Source: Thermovirgaceae bacterium (GTDB lineage: Bacteria > Synergistota > Synergistia > Synergistales > Thermovirgaceae). Taken from it: a stretch of DNA of 64,000 nt. The first letter of the stretch is position 1. Each line of letters starts with the position of its first letter. The notes beneath the pieces are model-generated. The model was given only the letters and a program-made list of their open reading frames with translations. It was not told the origin of the DNA and did no database searches. Location: positions 1 through 64,000 of the forward strand of contig JAXGNU010000008.1 of NCBI GenBank assembly GCA_040767805.1, read 5' to 3'. Below, piece by piece: positions 27,564-39,974 of the stretch. The translations under genes and the position numbers were made by a program.

Positions 27564-29627
27564 ATGAGCTCGATCGATCTCGGGTCAATCAGGAACATCG
27601 GCATCGCGGCGCATATTGATGCCGGAAAGACCACAACGACGGAGAGGATCCTGTTCTTCACGGGCCGGAAGCATAAGCTCGGGGAGGTCCATGAGGGAGC
27701 GGCCACCATGGACTGGATGGAACAGGAGAGGGAGCGGGGGATCACCATTACCTCCGCGGCCACGACCTGCCATTGGAAGGGTTTTAGCGTCAATATTATT
27801 GATACGCCCGGCCACGTGGATTTTACTGTCGAGGTCGAAAGGTCCATGAGGATCCTGGACGGGGCCGTGGCGGTCTTCTGCGCCGTCGGCGGGGTGGAAC
27901 CCCAGTCCGAGACCGTCTGGAGGCAGGCTGACCGGTACAGGGTGCCCAGGATAGCCTTCGTCAACAAGATGGACAGGGTCGGGGCGGATTTCCACCAGGT
28001 CGTCGCCCAGATGAAAGAGCGCCTCGGCGCTAACGCCGTCCCCGTGCAGATACCTATAGGCTCCGAGGATGGCTTCAGCGGAGTCGTCGACCTGGTCAGG
28101 GAAAAAGCCGTCATCTACGTGGAGGAGCTCGGCGTCGACCCCAGGGTCGTGGATATACCGGCCGAGCTGGCTGAAGACGCCGCCCTGGGTAGGGAAGCCC
28201 TCGTGGAGGCCGTGGCGGAGATCGACGAGGATGTGATGACCCTCTTCCTGGAGGGCAAGCGCGTTCCCGAAGATGTACTCAGGAGGGCTCTAAGGAAGGG
28301 CACCATCGACCTGGCCGTTTTCCCCGTGCTCTGCGGGTCGGCTTTCAAGAACAAGGGGGTCCATTCCCTTCTCGACGCCGTAGTGGACTATCTCCCGAGT
28401 CCCATGGACCTGCCGCCGATCAAGGGCGTGCACCCTTCGACGGGCGACCCCGAGGAAAGGTACCCCGACCCCGGCGGTCCCTTCTCGGCGCTGGCCTTCA
28501 AGATAATGGTCGATCCCTTCGTGGGGCGCCTGGTCTATTGCAGGATCTATTCGGGGAGGGTGAGGAGCGGCTCCAGCATTTTGAACACCTCCACCGGGGG
28601 CCGCGAGAGGGTGGGCAGGATACTGAGGATGCACGCCAACAAGAGAGAGGACCTTGAAGAGGCCTCCGCCGGCGAGATCATAGCCCTGCCGGGTCTGAAG
28701 GCCACCAAGACGGGGGACACCCTCTCCGACGAGAGGAAGCCCATCGTCCTCGAATCGGTGGAGTTCCCGGAGCCGGTGGTCCACCTCTCGGCGGAGCCCA
28801 TGAGCAAGGCCGACCAGGTGAAGTTGGCCCGGGGGCTCGACGGGCTAGCCGAGGAGGACCCCACCTTCAGGGTCTCCACCAACGAGGAGACGGCCCAGAC
28901 GATCATTTCGGGGATGGGGGAACTGCACCTCGAGATCATCGTCGACAGGCTCAAGAGGGAGTACGGCGTGGACGTCCGGGTGGGGAGGCCCCAGGTGGCC
29001 TACCGGGAGACCATCAGGAACCCCTCCTCCGGCGAGGGCAAGTTCATCAAGCAGACCGGGGGCAGGGGGCAGTACGGCCACGTGGTCCTTGAGATCGAAC
29101 CGCTCCCCGAGGAAAGGGGTTTCCTCTTCGAGGACAGGATCGTCGGCGGGGCCATACCGAGGGAGTTCATCCCGGCCGTACAGAGGGGGATAGCCGAGAC
29201 CGTGGCCAACGGGGTGCTGGGCGGGTACCCCGTGATCGGGGTAAAGGTGACCCTTGTCGACGGCAGCTTCCACGAGGTGGACAGCTCCGAACTGGCCTTC
29301 CGGATCGCCGCCTCCATGGCCTTCAAGGAAGCCATGAAGGCCGCCAACCCGGTCCTCATGGAGCCGATCATGGAGGTCGAGGTCGTGACCCCCGATGAAT
29401 ACGTGGGGGACGTGATGGGGGACCTCTCCTCTCGGCGGGGTCACGTGGAGGGGATGGAGATGAGGGGCAACGCCAGGATCGTCAAGTCCTTCGCTCCTCT
29501 TTCGGAGATGTTCGGCTACGCGACGGACCTGAGGAGCAAGACCTCGGGGAGGGCATCCTACTCCATGCAGTTCTCGCACTACGAGGAAGTACCCAGGGAG
29601 ATCACCGAAAAGCTTATCAAGCACTGA
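27564..29627 (+). CDS. fusA: Elongation factor G
   Basis: [24 protein letters not shown]. Confidence 0.98.
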   Translation: MSSIDLGSIRNIGIAAHIDAGKTTTTERILFFTGRKHKLGEVHEGAATMDWMEQERERGITITSAATTCHWKGFSVNIIDTPGHVDFTVEVERSMRILDGAVAVFCAVGGVEPQSETVWRQADRYRVPRIAFVNKMDRVGADFHQVVAQMKERLGANAVPVQIPIGSEDGFSGVVDLVREKAVIYVEELGVDPRVVDIPAELAEDAALGREALVEAVAEIDEDVMTLFLEGKRVPEDVLRRALRKGTIDLAVFPVLCGSAFKNKGVHSLLDAVVDYLPSPMDLPPIKGVHPSTGDPEERYPDPGGPFSALAFKIMVDPFVGRLVYCRIYSGRVRSGSSILNTSTGGRERVGRILRMHANKREDLEEASAGEIIALPGLKATKTGDTLSDERKPIVLESVEFPEPVVHLSAEPMSKADQVKLARGLDGLAEEDPTFRVSTNEETAQTIISGMGELHLEIIVDRLKREYGVDVRVGRPQVAYRETIRNPSSGEGKFIKQTGGRGQYGHVVLEIEPLPEERGFLFEDRIVGGAIPREFIPAVQRGIAETVANGVLGGYPVIGVKVTLVDGSFHEVDSSELAFRIAASMAFKEAMKAANPVLMEPIMEVEVVTPDEYVGDVMGDLSSRRGHVEGMEMRGNARIVKSFAPLSEMFGYATDLRSKTSGRASYSMQFSHYEEVPREITEKLIKH

Positions 29628-29693
29628 TCTGCCCTGGAAAATCATAGAAAGCAGTTATTTCTGGAAGCAATAAACAAGGGAGGGTTTTACAAG

Positions 29694-30899
29694 ATGGCGA
29701 AGGAGCATTTTGACAGGACGAAGCCGCACCTGAACATAGGAACGATCGGTCACATAGACCATGGCAAGACGACGTTGACGGCGGCGATAACGAAGACGCT
29801 GGCGTCAGTGGGTTGGGCGGATTTCACGCCTTTTGACCAGATTGACAAGGCGCCGGAAGAGCGCGAGCGTGGTATCACGATCAATATAGCCCACGTGGAG
29901 TACCAGACGGAGAAGCGGCACTACGCTCACATAGACTGCCCGGGTCACGCTGACTACATCAAGAACATGATCACCGGAGCGGCCCAGATGGACGGAGCGA
30001 TCCTGGTGGTATCGGCGGCGGACGGTCCTATGCCGCAGACGCGGGAGCACGTACTGCTTGCCCGCCAGGTGAACGTGCCTGCGCTGGTGGTATTCATGAA
30101 CAAGGTGGACATGGTGGACGACGCGGAACTTCTGGATCTGGTGGAGATGGAGATCAGGGACCTTCTGAACAAGTACGAATTTCCCGGGGACGAAGTGCCG
30201 ATCATCAGGGGATCAGCCCTGAAGGCTCTCGAGAGCGACGATCTCGGCCGTGACAGCCAGTGGGCCGGAGCTATCTGGGAACTGATGGATGCCTGCGACA
30301 ACTTCATCCCCGAGCCGGTCCGCGAAGTGGACAAGCCCTTCCTGATGCCCATCGAGGACGTCTTCACCATAACGGGCCGTGGCACGGTTGTAACGGGCAG
30401 GGTAGAGCGGGGGATCATCAAGGCCGGCGACGAAGTGGCCATTATAGGGATGCAGGAAGACATCAAGAAGACGGTGGCCACGTCCCTGGAGATGTTCCGG
30501 AAGATCCTCGACGACGCCCGAGCGGGCGATAACGTGGGCGTACTCCTTCGGGGCGTGGGCAAGGAGGACGTGGAGCGTGGTCAGGTTCTGGCGAAGCCCG
30601 GCAGCATCACGCCCCACAAGCACTTCAAGTCCGAGGTTTACGTACTGAAGAAGGAAGAGGGCGGGCGCCACACGCCGTTTTTCAGCGGGTATAAGCCGCA
30701 GTTCTACTTCAGGACGACGGACGTGACGGGTGACATTAAGCTGCCCGAGGGCGTCGAGATGGTGATGCCCGGTGACAACGCGACCTTCGAGGTTAAGCTG
30801 ATCCAGCCCATCGCCATGGACCAGGGTCTTCGTTTCGCCGTTCGTGAGGGCGGCAGGACCGTCGGCGCCGGCGTCGTCACCGAGATCATCGGAAGCTGA
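29694..30899 (+). CDS. tuf: Elongation factor Tu
   Basis: [27 protein letters not shown]. Confidence 0.98.
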   Translation: MAKEHFDRTKPHLNIGTIGHIDHGKTTLTAAITKTLASVGWADFTPFDQIDKAPEERERGITINIAHVEYQTEKRHYAHIDCPGHADYIKNMITGAAQMDGAILVVSAADGPMPQTREHVLLARQVNVPALVVFMNKVDMVDDAELLDLVEMEIRDLLNKYEFPGDEVPIIRGSALKALESDDLGRDSQWAGAIWELMDACDNFIPEPVREVDKPFLMPIEDVFTITGRGTVVTGRVERGIIKAGDEVAIIGMQEDIKKTVATSLEMFRKILDDARAGDNVGVLLRGVGKEDVERGQVLAKPGSITPHKHFKSEVYVLKKEEGGRHTPFFSGYKPQFYFRTTDVTGDIKLPEGVEMVMPGDNATFEVKLIQPIAMDQGLRFAVREGGRTVGAGVVTEIIGS

Positions 30900-30917
30900 T
30901 CCACGGAGGCGGTCACA

Positions 30918-31223
30918 GTGGCGAAGAAGATCAGGATCAAGCTCAAGGCGTTCGACCACAGGGCGCTGGACTCGTCAGCCTTCCAGATAGCGGAGACAGC
31001 GCAGCGGACGGGGGCCAAGGTTTCCGGGCCTATCCCCCTCCCGACGGAAGTGAACAAGTTCACGGTCCTCAAGTCGCCCCACAAGGACAAGGACGCGAGG
31101 GAGCAGTTTGAAATGAGGACTCATAAGCGGCTCATCGACATTATCGACCCGACGCAGAAGACCATGGAGTCGCTTATGCAGCTGAATCTCCCCTCCGGAG
31201 TGGATATCCAGATCAAGCTTTAA
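30918..31223 (+). CDS. rpsJ: 30S ribosomal protein S10
   Basis: [25 protein letters not shown]. Confidence 0.97.
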   Translation: MAKKIRIKLKAFDHRALDSSAFQIAETAQRTGAKVSGPIPLPTEVNKFTVLKSPHKDKDAREQFEMRTHKRLIDIIDPTQKTMESLMQLNLPSGVDIQIKL

Positions 31224-31250
31224 GGGGAGCAATGAGCTGAAAGGAGAGAG

Positions 31251-31892
31251 ATGGTACTGATGGGTATTCTCGGTCGCAAGCTGGGCATGACCCAGATCTT
31301 CGACGAACAGGGCCGGTCCATCCCGGTGACGGTTGTCGAGGCGGGCCCCTGCAGCGTCGTTGCCGTCAAGAGCCGTGACACGGACGGTTACACGGCGGTG
31401 AGCCTGTCCTTTGGGGACGCCAAGCCCTCCAAGCTGAACCGACCCTACAGGGGCGTTTTCGAAAAGAGGGGCCTCGAGCCGAAGCGGTGGATCCGTGAGT
31501 TCAGGGTGGACGATACCGAGGGTTTCGAGGTCGGCGGCGTGGTCTCGGTGGAACTCTTCGAGACCGGCGACGTGGTCGATGTGACGGGCCGAAGCAAGGG
31601 GAAGGGCTTTGCCGGAGTTATAAAACGGCATCACTTCGGCGGGGGCCCCGCGAGCCACGGTGCTTCCAGGTTTCACCGGAAGCCCGGCTCGGTGGGGGCG
31701 AGCAGCTTCCCCGGCCAGATCTTCAAGGGAAAGGCGATGCCGGGAAGGATGGGCGGCGAACGGGTGACCGTCAAGAACCTGTCCGTCGCCGGCGTTGACC
31801 CAGATAATAACCTCCTGCTGATCAGGGGTGCCGTTCCGGGACCGAGGAACGGGCTCTTGATGATCCGCAAGCGGGCCGGGGCACCACGGTAA
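31251..31892 (+). CDS. rplC: 50S ribosomal protein L3
   Basis: LGRKLGMTQIF, KGKGFAG; synteny. Confidence 0.97.
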   Translation: MVLMGILGRKLGMTQIFDEQGRSIPVTVVEAGPCSVVAVKSRDTDGYTAVSLSFGDAKPSKLNRPYRGVFEKRGLEPKRWIREFRVDDTEGFEVGGVVSVELFETGDVVDVTGRSKGKGFAGVIKRHHFGGGPASHGASRFHRKPGSVGASSFPGQIFKGKAMPGRMGGERVTVKNLSVAGVDPDNNLLLIRGAVPGPRNGLLMIRKRAGAPR

Positions 31893-31907
31893 GGAGGCAG
31901 CGAAGCT

Positions 31908-32534
31908 ATGCCGACTGTAAAAGTTTTCAATTTCAAGGGGGAACTCATCGGTGAGGAGAACCTTTCCGATGCCGTCTTCGCGGCCCCGGTTCACGTTCCG
32001 GCCATGCACCAGGTCGTGGTGGCCCAGCAGGCAAACGCCAGGCAGGGCACCCACTCGACCCGCTCCCGGGGCGAGGTACGCGGCGGGGGGAGAAAACCCT
32101 GGAGGCAGAAACACACGGGGAGGGCCAGGCACGGCAGCCGGAGGTCCCCCCTCTGGGTGGGCGGCGGTGTAACCCACGGCCCCAGGCCCAGGGACTATCA
32201 CCAGAAGGTAAACAGGAAGGTCAGGAGGATAGCCCTTAAAAGCGCGCTCTCACTCAAGGTCCTCGAGGGAAGCCTCGTACTGCTCGACCGCCTGGAGATC
32301 GAAAAGCCCGATACGAAGGGAATGGTCTCCTTCCTGGCGGGGATCGACGCCGGGAAAAAGGTCCTGATCATGGTGGGCGAGAGCAGCGGAGCGATCTACA
32401 AGTCTGCCTCGAACATCCCCGGGGCGCGGGTTCTCCACGTGGACAGCATCAACGTTTACGACATCCTGGATAACAACAGGATGATCCTGACGGTGGACGC
32501 TGCCAGGAAGATCGAGGAGGTGTACGGGGCATGA
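31908..32534 (+). CDS. rplD: 50S ribosomal protein L4
   Basis: GGGRKPWRQKHTGRARHGS. Confidence 0.97.
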   Translation: MPTVKVFNFKGELIGEENLSDAVFAAPVHVPAMHQVVVAQQANARQGTHSTRSRGEVRGGGRKPWRQKHTGRARHGSRRSPLWVGGGVTHGPRPRDYHQKVNRKVRRIALKSALSLKVLEGSLVLLDRLEIEKPDTKGMVSFLAGIDAGKKVLIMVGESSGAIYKSASNIPGARVLHVDSINVYDILDNNRMILTVDAARKIEEVYGA

Positions 32535-32827
32535 AATCCTTGCCGCAGGACATCATCCTGAGGCCCATCATCACGGAAAAGAGCAGCCGGCTGATGGAGC
32601 ATAACAAGTACACCTTCGAGGTGCACCCCAAGGCCAACAAGATCGAGGTCAGGAACGCCGTGTCCTCCATCTTCAAGGTCAAGGTGGTCAAGGTGAGCAC
32701 CCTGTACGTGAGGCCCAAACCGAAGAGGATGGGCGCCTTCCTGGGCAAATCCAGGGCCTGGAAGAAGGCTATCGTGACCGTCGCTGCCGGCGAGCGCATC
32801 GAGTTCTTCGAAGGCGCCGGCGCCTAG
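32531..32827 (+). CDS. rplW: 50S ribosomal protein L23
   Basis: PIITEKS, WKKAIV. Confidence 0.96.
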   Translation: MKSLPQDIILRPIITEKSSRLMEHNKYTFEVHPKANKIEVRNAVSSIFKVKVVKVSTLYVRPKPKRMGAFLGKSRAWKKAIVTVAAGERIEFFEGAGA

Positions 32828-32845
32828 GCGGGGAGGTTTAATAAA

Positions 32846-33673
32846 ATGGGTATCAAAAAATACAAGTCCTATACCCCGGGTCGCAGGTTCATGACGACCT
32901 CCTCCTTCGAGGAGATCACCAGGACCAAGCCCGAGAAGTCGCTGGTCCAGGCGCTGAAAAAGTCCGGAGGCCGCAACAACTTCGGCAGGATCACCATGAG
33001 GCATCGTGGAGGGGGATCCAAGCGCCTCTACCGGATCATCGACTTCAAGCGCGATAAGATCGGCGTCCCCGGAAAGGTGGCCTCCATCGAGTACGATCCC
33101 AACCGATCCGCGAGGATAGCGCTGATCCATTACGTCGACGGGGAGAAAAGGTACATCCTCGCCCCCTCGGGCCTCGGGGTGGGAAGCGTGATAACGGCGG
33201 GCCCCGGGTCGGATATCCGCCCCGGCAACGCCTTAAAATTAAGGGATATACCCGAGGGCACCTTCATCCACAACATCGAACTCGAACCGGGTCGAGGGGG
33301 GGTACTGGTCCGGTCGGCGGGCACTTCGGCGCAACTCATGGCCAAGGAGGGTAAAAAGGCTTTCATCAGGCTCCCGAGCGGAGAACTGCGCCTTGCCCTT
33401 CTTGAGTGCATGGCCACCGTCGGGCAGTTGGGCAACGAGGACCACGAGAACCTTTCCCGGGGTAAGGCCGGCAAGAGCCGATGGCTGGGCAGGCGCCCCC
33501 GTGTCAGGGGCATAGTCATGAACCCCGTGGATCACCCCATGGGCGGCGGGGAAGGTAAGAGCAAGTCCCACAAGCACCCGGTGTCTCCCTGGGGGACGCC
33601 CGCCAAGGGGTACAGAACCCGTAAACGCAAGCCGTCGGACCAGTTCATCGTGCGACGGCGTTACGAGAAGTAG
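32846..33673 (+). CDS. rplB: 50S ribosomal protein L2
   Basis: [21 protein letters not shown]. Confidence 0.98.
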   Translation: MGIKKYKSYTPGRRFMTTSSFEEITRTKPEKSLVQALKKSGGRNNFGRITMRHRGGGSKRLYRIIDFKRDKIGVPGKVASIEYDPNRSARIALIHYVDGEKRYILAPSGLGVGSVITAGPGSDIRPGNALKLRDIPEGTFIHNIELEPGRGGVLVRSAGTSAQLMAKEGKKAFIRLPSGELRLALLECMATVGQLGNEDHENLSRGKAGKSRWLGRRPRVRGIVMNPVDHPMGGGEGKSKSHKHPVSPWGTPAKGYRTRKRKPSDQFIVRRRYEK

Positions 33674-33692
33674 CGGCAGGGAGGGACAAACA

Positions 33693-33974
33693 ATGGCTCG
33701 TTCAACGAAAAAGGGGCCCTTTGTCGAGCAGAAGCTCCTCCGCAAGGTGGAGGCCATGAACGAGGAAGGAAAGAAGAGAGTCATCAAGACGTGGTCCAGG
33801 CGTTCCACCATCGTGCCGGACATGATCGGGCACACCATAGCCGTGCACAACGGCAGGACCCATATCCCGATCTTCATAAGCGAGAACATGGTGGGCCATA
33901 AGCTCGGGGAGTTCGCCCCAACGCGCAAGTTCGGGGGACACGCGGGGCAGGAACGTTCCACCCGCGTGCGATAG
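33693..33974 (+). CDS. rpsS: 30S ribosomal protein S19
   Basis: KTWSRRS, GHKLGEF. Confidence 0.97.
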   Translation: MARSTKKGPFVEQKLLRKVEAMNEEGKKRVIKTWSRRSTIVPDMIGHTIAVHNGRTHIPIFISENMVGHKLGEFAPTRKFGGHAGQERSTRVR

Positions 33975-33985
33975 GAGGGCTTTTC

Positions 33986-34318
33986 ATGGAAGCAAAAGCC
34001 ATCGCTAGGCAGGTGCGGATCTCGCCGACCAAATCGAGGCAGGTCCTCATGCTCATAAGGGGGAAGGACGCCGGCCAGGCCCTTGAGACGCTCCGCTTCA
34101 CCCCCAAGAAGGCCGCCCGGGTGGTCGAGAAGGTGCTCAAGAGCGCCATCGCCAATGCCGAGCATAACTATGGAATGGATATGGACCGGCTGGTCGTGGT
34201 GAAGGCCTATGCCGACCAGGGTCCATCTATGAAGCGCTGGCAGCCGGTCTCGATGGGCAGGGTGCATCCTTACAAGCATCGCACCAGCCATATCACCGTC
34301 GTGGTCGCCGAGCGCTAG
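33986..34318 (+). CDS. rplV: 50S ribosomal protein L22
   Basis: [16 protein letters not shown]. Confidence 0.96.
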   Translation: MEAKAIARQVRISPTKSRQVLMLIRGKDAGQALETLRFTPKKAARVVEKVLKSAIANAEHNYGMDMDRLVVVKAYADQGPSMKRWQPVSMGRVHPYKHRTSHITVVVAER

Positions 34319-34331
34319 GGAGGGTTGACCG

Positions 34332-35000
34332 TTGGGCCAGAAAGTACACCCTGTTGGGTATCGCCTTGGAATAGTGCGCGATTGGGAATCGAGATGGTAC
34401 TCGGGCCGCAAGGATTACGCGGAGAAACTGCACGAGGACCTCAAGCTCAGGGAATGGATCTTAAAAAGATGGTCCCATGCCGGCATCTCGAAGATAGAGA
34501 TCGAACGGATCGGCAAGGTCATCCGTTTCACCCTTTGGACCGCCCGCCCCGGGGTAGTGATAGGAAAGGGCGGCACCGAGATCCAGAAGGTCAGGGAGGA
34601 GATCCAGGAGTTGACGGGCAACAAGATCATGATCAACGTCCAGGAGATCAAGAACCCTGACAGGGAAGCCCAGGTCGTGGCCGAAGGGGTCGCTTCGGCG
34701 CTCGAGAGGCGTGTCAGCTTCCGCCGCGCCATGAAGCAGTCCATCTTCAGGGCCATGAAATCCGGCGCCGAGGGCATAAAGATCCAGTGCAGCGGAAGGC
34801 TGGGCGGAGCCGAGATCGCCAGGACCGAGTGGTACCTCGAGGGGAGGCTCCCCCTGTCGACGCTCAGGGCCGACATCGATTACGGCTTTGCCGAAGCACG
34901 CACGCTGTACGGTGTGATAGGCGTAAAGGTATGGATAAACAAGGGTCAGGCCGTGAGGCCCGCTCCCGCCGGGAGCCAGGAACCCGTCGAGAGGGGGTAA
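34332..35000 (+). CDS. rpsC: 30S ribosomal protein S3
   Basis: [17 protein letters not shown]. Confidence 0.97.
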   Translation: MGQKVHPVGYRLGIVRDWESRWYSGRKDYAEKLHEDLKLREWILKRWSHAGISKIEIERIGKVIRFTLWTARPGVVIGKGGTEIQKVREEIQELTGNKIMINVQEIKNPDREAQVVAEGVASALERRVSFRRAMKQSIFRAMKSGAEGIKIQCSGRLGGAEIARTEWYLEGRLPLSTLRADIDYGFAEARTLYGVIGVKVWINKGQAVRPAPAGSQEPVERG

Positions 35001-35006
35001 TCGGGG

Positions 35007-35429
35007 ATGCTCATGCCGAAAAGGGTCAAGTACCGTAAAACCTATAGACGCGCCTTGAGCGGCATGGCCAAGGGGGGCAAGACCGTAGCCTTCGGTGAGT
35101 ACGGGCTACAGGCCCTCGAATGCGCCTGGATAACCGCGCGGCAGATCGAGGCTGCCCGCGTGGCGATCTCCCGTAAGATGAAAAAGGGCGGCAAGACCTG
35201 GATCAGGATATTCCCGGATCACCCCTACACGAAGAAACCCCTCGAGACCCGTATGGGAAAGGGGAAGGGGGCCCCGGAGTTCTGGGTCGCCCCCGTGCGC
35301 AGGGGGAAGATCATGTTCGAGATAGCGGGGGTATCCAGGGACGTGGCTGAAAAAGCCTTCCTCACGGCTTCTCACAAGCTGCCGATAAAGGTCCGCCTGG
35401 TGACGCGGGATGGAATGGGTGGTGTCTGA
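35007..35429 (+). CDS. rplP: 50S ribosomal protein L16
   Basis: [18 protein letters not shown]. Confidence 0.97.
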   Translation: MLMPKRVKYRKTYRRALSGMAKGGKTVAFGEYGLQALECAWITARQIEAARVAISRKMKKGGKTWIRIFPDHPYTKKPLETRMGKGKGAPEFWVAPVRRGKIMFEIAGVSRDVAEKAFLTASHKLPIKVRLVTRDGMGGV

Positions 35430-35431
35430 GG

Positions 35432-35638
35432 ATGAACGCCAGGGAACTTCGCGAGTTGTCCCTAGAGGAATTGAGCGACAAGCACAAGCAGTTCAAGGAA
35501 GAACTTTTCAACCTCCGTTTCCAGCACGCCATAGGGCAGTTGGGGAACACCGGGCGCATTGGAGAGGTAAAGAGATCCATCGCCAGGGTCCTCACCGTCA
35601 TGCGGGAGAAGGAGATCGGGCTCAAGCGCCCGGTGTAG
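35432..35638 (+). CDS. rpmC: 50S ribosomal protein L29
   Basis: [14 protein letters not shown]; synteny. Confidence 0.96.
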   Translation: MNARELRELSLEELSDKHKQFKEELFNLRFQHAIGQLGNTGRIGEVKRSIARVLTVMREKEIGLKRPV

Positions 35639-35651
35639 GGGGGAACACGGT

Positions 35652-35942
35652 ATGAACGAAAGGACCATCTCGAGGAAGACGCAGGTAGGTACCGTCGTAA
35701 GCGACCGGATGACGAAGACCGTCGTGGTCAAGGTCGACCGCATGGCAAAGCATGCCCTTTACGGGAAGCCCGTCTTGAGGAGCAAGAAATTCATGGCCCA
35801 CGACGAGGAGGAGACCTGCCGTATCGGGGACAGGATCAGGATCGAGGAGACTCGCCCCTTGAGCCGCCGCAAGCGCTGGAAGGTCGTGGAGATCATCGAG
35901 AGAGCTCCGGTCCTCGGCGGCGGCCAGGATAAGGAGGCGTAA
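35652..35942 (+). CDS. rpsQ: 30S ribosomal protein S17
   Basis: [17 protein letters not shown]. Confidence 0.96.
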   Translation: MNERTISRKTQVGTVVSDRMTKTVVVKVDRMAKHALYGKPVLRSKKFMAHDEEETCRIGDRIRIEETRPLSRRKRWKVVEIIERAPVLGGGQDKEA

Positions 35943-35945
35943 CGG

Positions 35946-36314
35946 ATGATCCAGCTCCGAACGGTGATGAAGGTCGCCGATAACTCAGGCGCGAAAAAGA
36001 TCATGTGCATCCAGGTCCTAGGGGGGAGCAGGAAGCGTTACGCCTCTGTCGGCGATATAGTGGTCGCCTCCGTCAGGGAGGCCATACCCAACAGCAACGC
36101 CGGCAAGGGCGATGTGGTCAGGGCCGTGATCGTCAGGACAAAAAAAGAGATACGCCGCAAAGACGGTTCCTACGTCCGGTTCGACGACAACGCGGCCGTT
36201 CTCATCGACAACAATGGTGACCCGAGGGGCACGAGGATCTTCGGCCCCGTGGCCCGCGAGCTCAGGGAAAAGCGATTCATGAGGATCGTATCCCTCGCTC
36301 CGGAAGTGGTCTAG
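35946..36314 (+). CDS. rplN: 50S ribosomal protein L14
   Basis: [21 protein letters not shown]. Confidence 0.98.
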   Translation: MIQLRTVMKVADNSGAKKIMCIQVLGGSRKRYASVGDIVVASVREAIPNSNAGKGDVVRAVIVRTKKEIRRKDGSYVRFDDNAAVLIDNNGDPRGTRIFGPVARELREKRFMRIVSLAPEVV

Positions 36315-36328
36315 GAGGAAGTGGCGCG

Positions 36329-36655
36329 ATGAGCAAGATCAGGATACGCAAAGGAGACCGGGTGAAGGTCATCTCCGGGAAGGACAAGGGGAAAGAGGGA
36401 AAGGTCCTTCGCTGCCTCCCGTCCAGGGACCTTTTGCTGGTGGAGGGGGTCAACGTCGTGACTAAGCATGTCAAGCCCTCCGCCAAGAACCCGCAGAGCG
36501 GGATCGTCAAGCAGGAGGCTCCCATTTACTCCAGCAAGGTCCAGCTCGTCTGCACGGCCTGCGGCGCCGCGACCCGGGTCGGTAGGGCCTTCCTCGAGGA
36601 CGGGCGCAAGGTTCGTGTCTGCAAGAAGTGCGGCGAGATCATCGATAAGGTGTAA
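36329..36655 (+). CDS. rplX: 50S ribosomal protein L24
   Basis: KOW motif [16 protein letters not shown]. Confidence 0.96.
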   Translation: MSKIRIRKGDRVKVISGKDKGKEGKVLRCLPSRDLLLVEGVNVVTKHVKPSAKNPQSGIVKQEAPIYSSKVQLVCTACGAATRVGRAFLEDGRKVRVCKKCGEIIDKV

Positions 36656-36673
36656 CGGGGAGGCGACTGGACA

Positions 36674-37213
36674 ATGCCGCGTCTGGCAGATTTTTACAAG
36701 AAGGAGATCACGGGACGGCTTCAGAAGGAGTTCGGTTATTCCAACGTCATGGAAGTCCCCCGGATCCAGAAGGTGGTCGTGAACATCGGGGTTGGGGAAG
36801 CCAAGGTGGACTTCAAGTACATGGAGTCGTCCATCGCGGAACTTCGAACCATTACGGGGCAGCAGCCCATGATGAAGAGGGCCAGGAAGTCCGTTGCGGG
36901 CTTCAAGCTCCGTGAAGGGATGCCTGTGGGGTGTTCCGTAACGCTCCGGGGGGCAAGGATGTGGGAGTTCCTTGACAGGCTCATCTCCCTTGCACTGCCC
37001 AGGATCAAGGACTTCCAGGGGCTGTCGCCCAGGGGTTTCGACGGCCACGGTAACTACAACCTTGGTCTGAAGGAGCAGCTGATATTCCCCGAGATCGATT
37101 ACGACAAGGTAAACAGGATCAGGGGGATGAACATATCCATCGTTTCCACGGCGAGATCGGACGAAGAGGCAATGAGCCTGCTTCAGGCTCTTGGAATGCC
37201 TTTTGTCCGGTAA
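36674..37213 (+). CDS. rplE: 50S ribosomal protein L5
   Basis: [19 protein letters not shown]. Confidence 0.97.
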   Translation: MPRLADFYKKEITGRLQKEFGYSNVMEVPRIQKVVVNIGVGEAKVDFKYMESSIAELRTITGQQPMMKRARKSVAGFKLREGMPVGCSVTLRGARMWEFLDRLISLALPRIKDFQGLSPRGFDGHGNYNLGLKEQLIFPEIDYDKVNRIRGMNISIVSTARSDEEAMSLLQALGMPFVR

Positions 37214-37230
37214 GGGAGGAGATGTAGCGA

Positions 37231-37416
37231 ATGGCCCGAAAAGCTATGAGAATCAAGGCCACGAGAGAACCCAAGTTCAAGGTCAGGTCCTACACCAGGT
37301 GCCCTCTCTGTGGTCGTGTCCACGCCTACATGAGGCAATTCAATATGTGCCGTTGTTGCTTCCGGAAGCTGGCCCGGGAAGGCAAGATCCCCGGTGTGGT
37401 CAAATCCAGCTGGTAG
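37231..37416 (+). CDS. rpsZ: 30S ribosomal protein S14 type Z (zinc-binding)
   Basis: 61 aa, [17 protein letters not shown]. Confidence 0.96.
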   Translation: MARKAMRIKATREPKFKVRSYTRCPLCGRVHAYMRQFNMCRCCFRKLAREGKIPGVVKSSW

Positions 37417-37445
37417 CAAGGGATGCGGTCAAGGAGGCTATTGCA

Positions 37446-37850
37446 ATGTATGTGAATGACCCTATAGGGGACATGCTCACGCGCATCCGGAACGCCAACA
37501 TGGTCTTCCATGAGACGGTCGACATGCCCCTCAGCAAGGTCAAGCTTGCTATTGCCAGGATCCTCAAGGAAGAGGGCTATGTGAAGAACTTCAAGGTCGT
37601 CAACGATCCCAAGAAGCCTTACGCGACCCTCAGGCTTTTCCTTTCCTACGGCCCGCAGAAGGAGCGCGTTATCCAGGGTCTCAGGAGGATCAGCAAGCCC
37701 GGACGCAGGATCTATGTGCAGAAGGACGAGCTCCCAAGTGTCATGAAGGGGCTCGGAACCGCCATCATATCGACCTCGAAGGGCATGATGCCCGACGCCG
37801 AAGCCCGTAAGCTGGGCCTTGGCGGAGAAGTAGTCTGCTTCATCTGGTAG
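37446..37850 (+). CDS. rpsH: 30S ribosomal protein S8
   Basis: [24 protein letters not shown] at 37446 after AAGGAGG. Confidence 0.97.
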   Translation: MYVNDPIGDMLTRIRNANMVFHETVDMPLSKVKLAIARILKEEGYVKNFKVVNDPKKPYATLRLFLSYGPQKERVIQGLRRISKPGRRIYVQKDELPSVMKGLGTAIISTSKGMMPDAEARKLGLGGEVVCFIW

Positions 37851-37862
37851 GAGGTGTCATTA

Positions 37863-38399
37863 GTGTCGAGAATTGGAAGGAAACTGATAGACATACCCTC
37901 CGGTGTGAGCCTTTCGGTCGATAGCGGAAAGGTCAATGTCAAGGGGCCCAAGGGGGAGCTGTCGGTGGACCTCGTCCCGGGGATAGAGGTCACCGTGGAG
38001 GACAACGCCGTCAAGGTCACCCGTCAGGGCGACGACAAGAGGACGAGGGCCTATCACGGGATGATGAGGGCGTTGGTCAACAACCTTGTCCAGGGTGTCA
38101 GCACCGGTTTTGAAAGGCGGCTCGAGATCGTCGGCATCGGCTGGCGCGCCCAGATGCAGGGCAACACCCTGGTCATGAACCTGGGCTTCTCCCACCCGGT
38201 GGAGTACGACCCCCCCAAGGGGGTGGAGGTCACCACCGACGGCCCCACCAAGATCACCGTGAAGGGGATAGACAAGCAGGCCGTCGGGCAGGCGGCGGCG
38301 GTCATCAGGGGTTTCAGGCCGCCGGAGCCCTACAAGGGTAAGGGGATCAGGTACGTCGGCGAGCACGTTATCCGTAAAGCCGGCAAGGCCGGAGCCTAG
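37863..38399 (+). CDS. rplF: 50S ribosomal protein L6
   Basis: [17 protein letters not shown]. Confidence 0.97.
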   Translation: MSRIGRKLIDIPSGVSLSVDSGKVNVKGPKGELSVDLVPGIEVTVEDNAVKVTRQGDDKRTRAYHGMMRALVNNLVQGVSTGFERRLEIVGIGWRAQMQGNTLVMNLGFSHPVEYDPPKGVEVTTDGPTKITVKGIDKQAVGQAAAVIRGFRPPEPYKGKGIRYVGEHVIRKAGKAGA

Positions 38400-38419
38400 C
38401 TAGCGAGGTGAAGGGCAGG

Positions 38420-38785
38420 ATGAAAAAGAGAACCAGGAACGATATGCGTTTGATCAGGCACCGCCGTCTCCGCAAGACCCTTTCGGGTACCGGGGAGCGC
38501 CCGCGCCTTGCCGTATTCCGCAGCCTGAACCACATTTACGCCCAGGTCATCGATGATACCCGGGGGCACACGCTGGCCGCCGCCTCGACGCTGGAGAAAA
38601 GCGTCAGGAACGGTTCTGAAGGCGGCGGCGATATCGAGGCCGCCAAGGCGGTCGGCAGGGCGGTCGCCGAGAGGGCCCTGGAAAAGGGTATAACCCAGGT
38701 CCTTTTCGATCGCGGCGGTCACCTCTACCATGGCAAGGTCAAGGCCCTGGCCGACGCGGCCCGCGAAGCCGGCCTGAAGTTTTAA
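38420..38785 (+). CDS. rplR: 50S ribosomal protein L18
   Basis: [19 protein letters not shown]. Confidence 0.96.
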   Translation: MKKRTRNDMRLIRHRRLRKTLSGTGERPRLAVFRSLNHIYAQVIDDTRGHTLAAASTLEKSVRNGSEGGGDIEAAKAVGRAVAERALEKGITQVLFDRGGHLYHGKVKALADAAREAGLKF

Positions 38786-38799
38786 GGAGGTTGCAGGAA

Positions 38800-39312
38800 A
38801 TGAGGGTCAACGAAGGCGGTCCGAAGGGCCAGGAATTGCTCGAAAGAGTCGTATCGATAAACCGCGTGAGCAAGGTCGTCAAGGGCGGCAAGAGGTTCAG
38901 GTTCAGCGTCCTCGTGGTAGTGGGTGACGGTGTGCAGAATGTTGGTATAGGCATCGGCAAGGCCAGGGAGATCTCCGAGGCTGTCAGGAAGGGCATCGAA
39001 AAAGCCAAGAAGGGGCAGGTCGAACTGAAAAGGGTCGGCAGCAGCATCCCCCACGATATCGTGGGGCGCTTCGGCGCTGCCGAGGTCCTTCTCAAGCCGG
39101 CCGTCCCGGGAACGGGCGTCATCGCCGGCGGGGCCGTCCGGGCCATCATGGAACTGGGCGGCGTCAGCGACGTGGTGACCAAGGTCATCGGCAGGACCTC
39201 GAACCCGGTCAACGTGGCCTACGCCACCATGACGGCTCTCAAGGGGCTCCGCTCCCCGGCGGAGGTCATGAGGCTCCGCGGCAGGGAAGCCCGCCCGGCC
39301 CAGGAAGCGTAG
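38800..39312 (+). CDS. rpsE: 30S ribosomal protein S5
   Basis: [20 protein letters not shown]. Confidence 0.96.
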   Translation: MRVNEGGPKGQELLERVVSINRVSKVVKGGKRFRFSVLVVVGDGVQNVGIGIGKAREISEAVRKGIEKAKKGQVELKRVGSSIPHDIVGRFGAAEVLLKPAVPGTGVIAGGAVRAIMELGGVSDVVTKVIGRTSNPVNVAYATMTALKGLRSPAEVMRLRGREARPAQEA

Positions 39313-39327
39313 GGAGTGAAAACGACG

Positions 39328-39513
39328 ATGGCCAAGTTGAAGGTCACGCTCAGAAAGAGCACCATAGGCCGCTCACCCCGCCAGGGAGAGACGGTCCGGG
39401 CATTGGGCCTGAGGAAGATCAGGCAGACCGTTATCCATGAAGACACTCCCCAGGTCCGAGGGATGATAGCCGTGGTGGAGCACCTTGTGGACTGGGAGAT
39501 CGTAGAGGAATAG
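39328..39513 (+). CDS. rpmD: 50S ribosomal protein L30
   Basis: [17 protein letters not shown]. Confidence 0.95.
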   Translation: MAKLKVTLRKSTIGRSPRQGETVRALGLRKIRQTVIHEDTPQVRGMIAVVEHLVDWEIVEE

Positions 39514-39527
39514 GGGGGGAGAGGCTC

Positions 39528-39974
39528 GTGGGAATTCATGAGCTCCGGCCCGCTCCTGGGTCGAGGAGAAAATCGGAAAGGATGGGACAGGGCACAGCGT
39601 CCGGCGCAGGCAGGACCGCGGGCAAGGGCACCAAGGGCCAGAAAGCCAGAAGCGGCGGGGGTGTCCGCCCCGGTTTCGAGGGAGGGCAGATGCCCCTCCT
39701 GAGGAGGATCCCCAAGAGGGGCTTCAGCAACGCCAGGTTTAAAAAGACCTTCCAACTGGTGAACGTTGGAAGGCTGGGTGACCATTTCGAGAATGGCGGC
39801 GAAGTGGGCATACCCGAGATGCTGATGGCCGGGCTCATCGGGAGCGCGAAAAGACCGGTGAAAATACTGGGCGACGGCGAGGTTTCCAGGGCACTGACAG
39901 TGAAGGCCAACGCCTTCAGCGCCCAGGCGGTGGCCAAGATAGAGGCCGCCGGCGGGAAGACCGAGGTGATCTAG
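39528..39974 (+). CDS. rplO: 50S ribosomal protein L15
   Basis: [15 protein letters not shown]. Confidence 0.97.
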   Translation: MGIHELRPAPGSRRKSERMGQGTASGAGRTAGKGTKGQKARSGGGVRPGFEGGQMPLLRRIPKRGFSNARFKKTFQLVNVGRLGDHFENGGEVGIPEMLMAGLIGSAKRPVKILGDGEVSRALTVKANAFSAQAVAKIEAAGGKTEVI

